Source: a bacterium
GTDB taxonomy: Bacteria > Planctomycetota > SKW154 > DAOVDS01
DNA: 50,590 nt
Reading direction: 5' to 3'
NCBI GenBank assembly: GCA_030669415.1
Contig: DAOVDS010000001.1
Coordinates: 1 to 50,590, forward strand
The position numbers and the translations under genes were made by a program. Each line of letters begins with the position of its first letter. Position 1 is the first letter of the stretch. The notes beneath the pieces were generated by a model that saw only the letters and a list, made by a program, of their open reading frames with translations, made no database searches and was not told where the DNA came from. Shown in pieces: positions 1 through 6,935 of the stretch.

Positions 1-125
1 GGCGCGTGTTATGGAAAACTTGTTTGTATTGAAGACAAAGAAGATAGGGGGATAAGAAGGAGAGGAGATAAGGAGATAACGAATTGTCCTGTCTTGGGAA
101 AAGTAATATCCCCATATCTGGACAA

Positions 126-467
126 TCTCCATATCTCCCTTGTTACACAACTTCTGCTGACTCGATAGGAGCATTGTCAGAAATGGCGCGAATTTTACAA
201 AGAAAGGGCACGAATTTTACAAATCGGCCCGGCAGGCCAAGACAAGTTAGGGAAAACTCGGAACCCGGCACTCTTACGCAAGGTGCTGATTGACATGAAG
301 TTAAGCAACTGCCGGAAACCCGTCTGTCGCCGTAACCGGGGAAAAGAGTCTTTGACAATTTGTATTTTTTCTTGCGAGGTTGACGTGTGCAAAAGCTGTT
401 CTTTGGGAAGAGGCAAAAGGAGAATATCTCCCTCTCTCCCTGGTCTCCATATCTCCCTTGTTACACA
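126..467 (+). repeat. Pair of identical 24-nt direct repeats (126-149 and 444-467: tctccatatctcccttgttacaca) upstream of the ClpP-like gene
   Basis: Exact match read in the sequence. Related TATCTCC motifs occur at 62-85 (opposite strand), about 113-119 and about 424-431. cgaattttacaaa occurs twice (189-201, 211-223). Confidence 0.8.
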
Positions 468-501
468 TGTGCCCGGCGCCGGAAGCTGGTATTCTTGGAG
501 C

Positions 502-530
502 TTGCATGAGGACGGGCGAGTTTCTATAAT
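502..530 (+). promoter_or_regulatory. Candidate sigma70 promoter: TTGCAT, 17 nt, TATAAT
   Basis: -35 at 502-507 and -10 at 525-530. The -10 overlaps the ATG at 529, so either the real start is the in-frame ATG at 547 or the match is fortuitous. Confidence 0.3.
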
Positions 531-1146
531 GGCGCGCGGGAAGGAGATGGCCTGCTTGGACGAGAAAACGAGAAACTTTTACCTGTCACGCGGAATCGTG
601 CTTCTCGGTGACATTCTCGGCAAGGCTGAGGCGATAGAAGTGCTGGCGAGGATTGAGTACCTTTCCCAACGCCGGCCCGGACGGGAGGTGAGGCTGCTTA
701 TCAATTCGCCCGGGGGCGTGGCGAAATACTCGCTGGCGATATACGACGAGCTCAGGAACCTCTCCGTCCCTGTCGCAACGGGCTGTGCGGGCATGGCGGA
801 CGGGGCCGCGGCCGTGCTCCTTGCGGCCGGAACGAAGGGCCGCCGGGGCGCGCTGGCGCACGCGGTGATTCACGTAACTGATGTATGGAGCGCGTCGGAC
901 GGCCAGCCGACGCCGGAGCAGTTTGAAGGAATTGAAAAACTCCGGGAGCGTTTCGTGGAGATATGGGCGGGCTGCACAGGCCGGACCGGGGAGGTCGTCC
1001 GCCACTGGATGAGTTCGCAGAAGAGGTTCAGCGCCGACGATGCGCTTCAGGCTGGCATAATAGATTTCGTGGTTCCCGAAGAGGAGAGAGACGGGGGGCA
1101 GGAAGATGGCTATGTTCTTAGACTGTTTCGAGCCCGCGAAGATTGA
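529..1146 (+). CDS. ClpP/ClpR-family protease-like protein, predicted catalytically inactive
   Basis: LLINSPGGV, LLAAGTKGRR and VIHV blocks align with ClpP. The GQAASMG Ser position reads GMADGAA (no Ser), and the Asp position reads K. The 283 start in the ORF track is probably too far upstream; ATG 529 or 547 is more likely. Confidence 0.7.
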   Translation: MARGKEMACLDEKTRNFYLSRGIVLLGDILGKAEAIEVLARIEYLSQRRPGREVRLLINSPGGVAKYSLAIYDELRNLSVPVATGCAGMADGAAAVLLAAGTKGRRGALAHAVIHVTDVWSASDGQPTPEQFEGIEKLRERFVEIWAGCTGRTGEVVRHWMSSQKRFSADDALQAGIIDFVVPEEERDGGQEDGYVLRLFRARED

Positions 1147-1777
1147 CACATGGGTGCGCCGCGGCGTAATCTCGGGCGTCACAACCAACCCGGCGTTGAT
1201 ATCGCACGAGAAAGCACCCTTCAGCATGAAGGAGCGGATAGACAAAATCTGCAAACTGGTAAACGGGCCGGTGGCTGTCGAGGTTACGGCCCGGGAGCAT
1301 GAATCGATAGTGGCGCAGGCGCGGGAGTTCCACTCCTGGAACCCGGGCCAGATTGTAATCAAGGTGCCGGTGGACATGACCGGCTACGCGGTCATATCGG
1401 AGCTTGAGCGCAAGTACTCGATTCCTACCATGGCGACCTGTATCATGACCTTCACCCAGGGCTACGGGGCGGCGCTGGCCGGCGCGCACTACCTTGCGCT
1501 GTTCTGGGGACGGATGAAGGAAGCCGGGATTTCGCCGGAAGAGGCGGTTATGCTGCTGCTTGAGAGAATCGAGCGGGAGAAGCTTCGGAGTAGGATTCTT
1601 GCGGCCTCGCTGCGCGGGGGGCACCACGTATTCGAGGCTCTGGCCGCGGGTGCGCACATTGTGACAGTATCGCCGCGAACGCTGGAGCAGGTTCTCGCGC
1701 ACCCGAAGACGGATGAGGCGATTGCGGAGTTTGCGGAAGACTGGCGCTGCGCGCGTGAGCGCGGGTTAATGGGATAA
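1106..1777 (+). CDS. tal: Short transaldolase / fructose-6-phosphate aldolase family protein
   Basis: GVTTNPALI motif and IVIKVP (Schiff-base Lys). About 220 aa, typical of the TalC/Fsa subfamily. Confidence 0.85.
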   Translation: MAMFLDCFEPAKIDTWVRRGVISGVTTNPALISHEKAPFSMKERIDKICKLVNGPVAVEVTAREHESIVAQAREFHSWNPGQIVIKVPVDMTGYAVISELERKYSIPTMATCIMTFTQGYGAALAGAHYLALFWGRMKEAGISPEEAVMLLLERIEREKLRSRILAASLRGGHHVFEALAAGAHIVTVSPRTLEQVLAHPKTDEAIAEFAEDWRCARERGLMG

Positions 1778-1784
1778 GCACAAA

Positions 1785-1806
1785 GGGCCGGCGTGAAGGC
1801 CGGCCC
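1785..1806. terminator. Hairpin between the convergent tal and gcvH genes
   Basis: gggccggc (1785-1792), gtgaag loop, gccggccc (1799-1806): a perfect 8-bp GC stem followed by cctgttcttt. Confidence 0.5.
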
Positions 1807-1836
1807 CCTGTTCTTTGACAAACTGTCTGGAGATGG

Positions 1837-2289
1837 TTAGTCTCCTTCGCCTCCTCCGCCGGCTTTGAGCTCTTCGGACTTCTTGATTTCGGCTTCGAGC
1901 CAGGTTTTGACTGCGTCGCCCTGCATCAGCTTTGCGATGTCGGCGTCGAGGTTGCCGGGCTCAATAACAACGATCCAGCCTCCGCCGTACGGGTCTTTGT
2001 TGATGAGCGTGGAGTCGTTTTCGAGCTCCTCGTTGATCTCGACAATCTCACCGGAGACCGGGGCAACGAGCTTGCCAATCCACTTCGCGGACTGGATTTT
2101 GCCGCATACCTCGCCGGCCTCGACATCATCGCCCTCGAACGGGAGGTCAACGTAGACGATGTCGCCGCTGGTGCCCTGGAACATGTCGTTCATGCCTACC
2201 CTGGCCTTGCCATCCTCGACCTTGACCCAAGCGTGGTCAGTGTGATAGTAAAGCTCGTCCGGCATGTTGTAGCCGCCTATTTCCGCCAT
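1837..2289 (-). CDS. gcvH: Glycine-cleavage H-type lipoyl carrier protein
   Basis: YYHTDHAWVKVEDG...GKIQSAKWIGKLVAPVSGEI (lipoyl-Lys context). ATG at 2289 is preceded by GGAGGAAAGGAG. It is the last gene of the flx/hdr operon. Confidence 0.85.
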   Translation of the reverse strand: MAEIGGYNMPDELYYHTDHAWVKVEDGKARVGMNDMFQGTSGDIVYVDLPFEGDDVEAGEVCGKIQSAKWIGKLVAPVSGEIVEINEELENDSTLINKDPYGGGWIVVIEPGNLDADIAKLMQGDAVKTWLEAEIKKSEELKAGGGGEGD

Positions 2290-2346
2290 ACTTCTTCTCC
2301 TTTCCTCCAAAACGGGCTGGAATCTTAGTTCCTGCACAATGCCATG

Positions 2347-3303
2347 TCAATACTCTTTCGGCATATTCTGCAACTCGGCGAGGGTGAACACGGGTCCATC
2401 CTTGCAGACGTATTTCGAGCCTATGTTGCAGCGGCCGCACTTGCCTATGCCGCATTTCATGCGCATCTCAAGCGAGTTAACGATTCTGTCAGGGGGGAAG
2501 CCGAGCCTGGTCAGGACAGGCAGGGTGAACTTGATCATGATGGGCGGTCCGCAAACTATGGCCCACGAGTTTTCGGAACTGGGCGCGGCCGCTTCGACCA
2601 TCTGCGGCACAAACGCGGTGAAGGTGGAGACGCCTTCGGGCATCTTGGTCTCACCGGGGCTTTTGAGGTTGACGGGTACCCAGCCTTGGGCGGCAGCCTC
2701 TTCTATGGGGCCGTCGGGGCCGAACTTCCAGTCGATGCACTGGTAGAGGTTGATGTCGTCGCGCTTGGCCCACTCGGCGAGCTCGTCTCGGTAGAGGAGG
2801 AGGTTCGGGTTTCTCGCGCCGTAGACTACTTCTATGTTGGCGTAGTCGCCGCGGTGCGACGGGTCGAGCAGCCAGACGATGTAGGCGCGAAGGGTGGTGA
2901 AGGCGAAGCCGCCGCCGATAATGACGATGTTGTCGCCCTTCATTTTCTCGTAGGGGTACCAGTTGCCCATGGGCCCTCGCACGCCCATTGTGTCGCCTTC
3001 CTGCATCTGGTGGAGCTTGCGCGTCACGAGGCCCACCTTGTTGACGGTGAAACGCAGAAACCCTTTTTCCGTCGGCGAGGATGCGATGCCGATGGGTGAT
3101 TCACCCTTGCCGAGTATGGACAATTCGGCGAACTGGCCCGGCTCATACTTGAATGCTTCTTCATCTTCCTTGTCGAGGAAGACGAGGTCGAAGGTCTTGA
3201 GCATGTTGTCTTCAGTTTCGACCCTGGCCCTGTCGATTCGCACGGGATAAGGCACGTAAGGGTTGCCCGCCTTCCCGACCTGAGCTGCCGCAGTCTTTTC
3301 CAC
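2347..3303 (-). CDS. FlxA/AsrB/HydG-like FAD/NAD(P)-binding oxidoreductase with a C-terminal 2Fe-2S site
   Basis: IVIIGGGFAF dinucleotide fold and C-terminal CGIGKCGRCNIG...C (PyrK/AsrB-type cluster). Confidence 0.8.
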   Translation of the reverse strand: MEKTAAAQVGKAGNPYVPYPVRIDRARVETEDNMLKTFDLVFLDKEDEEAFKYEPGQFAELSILGKGESPIGIASSPTEKGFLRFTVNKVGLVTRKLHQMQEGDTMGVRGPMGNWYPYEKMKGDNIVIIGGGFAFTTLRAYIVWLLDPSHRGDYANIEVVYGARNPNLLLYRDELAEWAKRDDINLYQCIDWKFGPDGPIEEAAAQGWVPVNLKSPGETKMPEGVSTFTAFVPQMVEAAAPSSENSWAIVCGPPIMIKFTLPVLTRLGFPPDRIVNSLEMRMKCGIGKCGRCNIGSKYVCKDGPVFTLAELQNMPKEY

Positions 3304-3309
3304 GCTGTG

Positions 3310-4350
3310 CTACGTTCCTTCCTGAACTTTCCGGGCCTGCATGACCTTGCCCAGCACCTCTCTGATATCGATGTTGACAGGGCAGTTGGCAATGCAGCGC
3401 CCGCACCCCACGCAGGCGGTGCAGCCGAAATTCTCGACATAGTAGTTGAACTTGTGCTGCAGCCTCTGGCGCCAGCGCTGGCCCTGCTGCGAGCGGGGAT
3501 TGTGTCCGGAGCCGTGGAGGGTGAAGAGTGGGAACATGCACGAGTCCCAGTTGCGCACCCTCTGACCGCTTGATTTCACAACTTCATCCTGGATATCGAA
3601 GCAGTGGCAGGTGGGGCACAGATAGGTGCACGCGCCGCAGCCGAGGCAGGATTGAGCAATCTCGGCCCAGATGGGGTGCTCGAAGATGTCCTTGAGCTTC
3701 TCGGGCATTCCGGCAAGCTCGACCTTCGAGGAGATTCTTTTCTCAGCCTCGGCAGCGATGGATTCCTTCTGCTTGAGGCCCTCTTTGCCTGCATCGGGCA
3801 GGTCGGCAACGGCCTTTTCACCCTTGCCGGTGAGGGGCTCAAGTAGCAGCTTGTCCCCGAGGTCTGTCATAAACACGTCAGCCCCGTCGGTGCTGAACGG
3901 GCCGCAGTCCAGCGATGTACAGAAACAGGTTTGACACGGGCTATTGCAGCCGAGCGCGAAAACGGTGGATGCGTCGCGCTTGGCTTTGTAGTAGGGGTCA
4001 ACAAACTCGTCGTTATCGAAGAGCTTGTCGAGAATGGTGAAGGACTTCGCGTCGCAAGGCCTGAGGGCGAAGAGAGCGCGCGGCTTCCTGTCGAACTCGG
4101 TATCCCCGAGCTCAAAGCCGTCGCCCTTGCGCTTGTAGTCGTACATGCGCTCGGTCTGCGGGAAGAAGGCGGCCTTGGGCGTGTTGCGGGTGTTGGCGAA
4201 GTCGAATGTGACGCTCTCACCCTCGCGGGGCGCGGCAAAGAGCACCATCCCGTCGCGCTGAACGGGCGCCAGTACAAGTGCCTGCTGCGCGAGCTTTGCG
4301 AGGAATTCGCCTACTTTCGACTTGTCCAGCAGTTTTTCTCCACTCGCCAC
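3310..4350 (-). CDS. FlxB/AsrA/HydB-like iron-sulfur subunit
   Basis: Cys clusters CLGCGACTYLCPTCHCFD and CVGCGRCIANCP; position between the flxA-like and flxC-like genes. Confidence 0.7.
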   Translation of the reverse strand: MASGEKLLDKSKVGEFLAKLAQQALVLAPVQRDGMVLFAAPREGESVTFDFANTRNTPKAAFFPQTERMYDYKRKGDGFELGDTEFDRKPRALFALRPCDAKSFTILDKLFDNDEFVDPYYKAKRDASTVFALGCNSPCQTCFCTSLDCGPFSTDGADVFMTDLGDKLLLEPLTGKGEKAVADLPDAGKEGLKQKESIAAEAEKRISSKVELAGMPEKLKDIFEHPIWAEIAQSCLGCGACTYLCPTCHCFDIQDEVVKSSGQRVRNWDSCMFPLFTLHGSGHNPRSQQGQRWRQRLQHKFNYYVENFGCTACVGCGRCIANCPVNIDIREVLGKVMQARKVQEGT

Positions 4351-4392
4351 CTAACACTCCCATTGTTCAAACGCGCTGCGCTGAAACCAGCG

Positions 4393-5343
4393 TCAGATAA
4401 CCTGTTCCATCTGGTCTTCCTCGGCAAAGGTATTCAGCGGCGGCAGTTCCTCAATATCCATACCCACCTCGTGCCCGAAGCGGTCTTTGACGCTCTTTTC
4501 GAGCCTCGAGAGGAGACGCCGGATGTCTATGTTCATGGGGCACGCGCTGACGCACGCGCCGCAGTCGCTGCAGCGCCCCGCGAGATGATAACAGCGCACA
4601 ATCTGGAAAATATCGAGAGCTGTCTGCTCCTGGCCGGTCTCAATCCAGCGGGGCTGCCAGTTCTCGACGAAGCATGTCGGGCAATAGCACATGGGGCATG
4701 CCTCACGGCAGGCATAGCACCTGATGCAGCGAGAGGCTTCGTTCTCGAACTCGGCCCAGCGCTGCTGGGCTGGTTTTTTTTCGTCTTCTTCAAGCTGCGC
4801 GTAGCGAGCGGGGTTGGGCACGTCCTCAACCGGCTCGGCCGCCATCACGTCGTGGATTACGGGGTTGTGGTGCTCGCAGACAGCGCAGTTGGCGCGCAGG
4901 ATGTCTGCAATCTTGAGCTCCTCTGTGCCAGCCGGGGTTTCGACTTTGAGTGAGCCGTCGCCGACGCTGCACGAGAGAATCCTGCCGGGGTCGGGAAGGC
5001 GGGTTCTGTCAACAACGCCAACGCAGGGGACGCCGATTATGTATAGGTCATCCCTCTGTCCCTGACCTTCCTTGAGCAGTGCGACAATGGAGCGGCTGTC
5101 GCAGCCCTTGGCGCAGATACCGACTTTCTTCCCGGTGAAATCCTTGAGGTAGCGTGCGAGGTTGTTTTCCGCGAAGGGCCCCCACACCAGTTTCCCGGTA
5201 TCCTCCGGCTTTGTGACAAAGACTGGTACGTAGCGCCCGGGCAGTGTTCCCTCGCCGAAGCCTATGACCACTTCGACCCTGCCCGACTCGAGCGCATCCC
5301 TGGCCAGCTCTCTTATCTTCTTCGCTGTATCTTCGTAGGCCAC
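4393..5343 (-). CDS. FlxC-like iron-sulfur subunit
   Basis: CIRCYACREACPMCYCPTC and CSDCGACVSACP motifs; operon context. Confidence 0.65.
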   Translation of the reverse strand: MAYEDTAKKIRELARDALESGRVEVVIGFGEGTLPGRYVPVFVTKPEDTGKLVWGPFAENNLARYLKDFTGKKVGICAKGCDSRSIVALLKEGQGQRDDLYIIGVPCVGVVDRTRLPDPGRILSCSVGDGSLKVETPAGTEELKIADILRANCAVCEHHNPVIHDVMAAEPVEDVPNPARYAQLEEDEKKPAQQRWAEFENEASRCIRCYACREACPMCYCPTCFVENWQPRWIETGQEQTALDIFQIVRCYHLAGRCSDCGACVSACPMNIDIRRLLSRLEKSVKDRFGHEVGMDIEELPPLNTFAEEDQMEQVI

Positions 5344-5395
5344 CTAACTACCTCACCGGACTCAAGTAGTCTTTTTGCAACTTCCATTAGTGTGC

Positions 5396-5626
5396 TCATT
5401 TCGATTCCGCATCTGTAAGCACAGAGTCTAAACTCTTGTTTGCGCGAAGCAGCCATCCGGCCTCTCGCAGTAGTATTTCCGTGAGCCGCGCGGACTCCTC
5501 TATGCTCATCTTTCTCAGTTTCCGTTCCTCTTCTCTTGTAATATCCTTATACCCTTCAAAAGGCGCTTTCCCAATAAAACGCCCTGAACTCTTTGCAGGA
5601 GCCCTGTTTTTTTTTCTGTTTACCAA
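5396..5626 (-). CDS. Small basic hypothetical protein (76 aa)
   Basis: TTG start with GGAG 7 nt upstream. No recognisable motif. Sits inside the operon next to a 178-nt structured spacer. Confidence 0.35.
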   Translation of the reverse strand: MVNRKKNRAPAKSSGRFIGKAPFEGYKDITREEERKLRKMSIEESARLTEILLREAGWLLRANKSLDSVLTDAESK

Positions 5627-5804
5627 CTACTACTCCGTCACTATTGAAATTGTAGGTTTATGTCTAACTGACTCCTATGAAACACAGAACATTCAACACC
5701 TGATTTTATTACACGGCGGACAAGTCCACCGGCTAACTACCCGCGCCCTGAAGGACGCGGCTTACATCAACCCCGCGTCAGAGACGCGTGGCTTCTTCTG
5801 CACA

Positions 5805-6260
5805 CTATGTTGTAAGTCCTGCCGCCAAACATTTATAAGATTTCACGAGTCGGCGTGCAGGCCCCAGCGCCCTGACCTTGTCGATAGTAGCGTTGACGAT
5901 TTTGACAAATCTCTCAGCCTCGGCGGAAGAGAGCCATGCGAAATTCGCCCTGCCCTCTTCAATCCCAAGCGATTCAAGGAGGTCTTTAAGGACGACAAAC
6001 TTGCGCCGCGCCAGCAGGTTGCCCACGCTGTAGTGGCACTCGCCGGGATGGCAGCCCGCAACGACTACCCCATCGGCACCACGCTGGAGCGCGCGAAGGA
6101 TAAACATGGGGTTAACCCTGCTGGTGCAGGGCACTCTTATGATTCTCACATTGGGCGGATACTGGAACCTTGACACGCCTGCCAGGTCGGCTGCGGCGAA
6201 CCCTCACCACTGGCACAGGAAGGCGACAACCTTCGGCTCCCAATTTTTGTTCTCTTCCAT
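5805..6260 (-). CDS. mvhD: MvhD/FlxD-like 2Fe-2S protein with in-frame UGA (selenocysteine) at codon 19
   Basis: ATG 6260 (GAGAGG upstream) reads MEENKNWEPKVVAFLCQW-TGA(6204-6206)[26 protein letters not shown]...GCHPGECHY. The paralog has Cys here (FCCNWCSY). The ORF track only shows the part after the TGA. Confidence 0.8.
6176..6198 (-). promoter_or_regulatory. Weak candidate SECIS-like stem-loop downstream of the mvhD (5805-6260) UGA
   Basis: CGCC-G-CAG-CCGAC-CUG-GCA-GGCG, starting 5 nt after the UGA. An interrupted stem only. Confidence 0.25.
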
Positions 6261-6289
6261 GTATATTCCGGCCTCTCACCTATGAGTTT

Positions 6290-6697
6290 CTACTCAATCG
6301 GCGCTACTTCCTCAGTTTCCAGGAAGAATTCATGGTTTTTCTCGTCAAAAATAATCAGGAACTTCTCGAAGAAGTCTTTTCTTCCAAGGATATTCATTCT
6401 GGCGGTATATTGCCTTGAGAAGCCTATATCACAGGGGAATTCCTGCTCGGCAACTGCCACGGTCAGTCTATGTACATATGCCCGAATCAGTCCCCCTACG
6501 CCTCCAAGCAAGACAGGCTCGCCCTCCTCAATTTTCAGTCCTAACGTATGGGCAACTTCCTCCCGAAATATTGAAACTGTTGCGCCGGAGTCCAACAGCG
6601 CGACATTCTGGTGCCCGCGCTTACCTGTTTTGACCTCCAGTGGAGCCAAAGGGAAGAATTTGCCCCACCTCAGAGTATAGCCGTACACTCGTTTCAT
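6290..6697 (-). CDS. Retropepsin-like (clan AA) aspartyl protease
   Basis: ALLDSGATVSIF active-site motif. About 135 aa, single-lobe size. Overlaps the upstream small gene by 4 nt. Confidence 0.7.
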   Translation of the reverse strand: MKRVYGYTLRWGKFFPLAPLEVKTGKRGHQNVALLDSGATVSIFREEVAHTLGLKIEEGEPVLLGGVGGLIRAYVHRLTVAVAEQEFPCDIGFSRQYTARMNILGRKDFFEKFLIIFDEKNHEFFLETEEVAPIE

Positions 6698-6924
6698 AGG
6701 ACTAAGAACCCCTCGTCCCTACGAGGAACGCAAAATGTCCACGGATGTTCCTCGCCCTTGGCTTTTGCCTGCTTCATTGCAGATTCCAGATTCTCGTCAG
6801 CGCCGAGCAGTCCCTTTTCAGGGGTAAAAGCAATCCATTTCCCTTCATTCGCTTCCAGTACATCCTGATGGGCCGATATCCACTCAAGCACTTCTGCGTT
6901 TTCGCCTTTTTTTACTTCTTCCAT
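6694..6924 (-). CDS. Small protein resembling the DUF5678-type partner of retropepsin-like proteases
   Basis: 76 aa with GKWIAF...KAKGEEHPWTFCVP pattern. Translationally coupled to the protease gene. The family assignment is from memory. Confidence 0.5.
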   Translation of the reverse strand: MEEVKKGENAEVLEWISAHQDVLEANEGKWIAFTPEKGLLGADENLESAMKQAKAKGEEHPWTFCVPRRDEGFLVL

Positions 6925-6935
6925 TTCGGGTACTC

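Noticed and set aside
2344-4953. Long plus-strand ORFs (2344..3099, 3931..4953) opposite the flx genes. The same applies to 586..1377(-), 7734..8261(+), 11934..12587(-), 38151..39047(-), 42742..43842(-), 48717..49637(+) and 49120..50079(+).
   Set aside because: All are mirror-frame ORFs of genes with clear family motifs on the other strand. None has motifs or plausible starts with an RBS.
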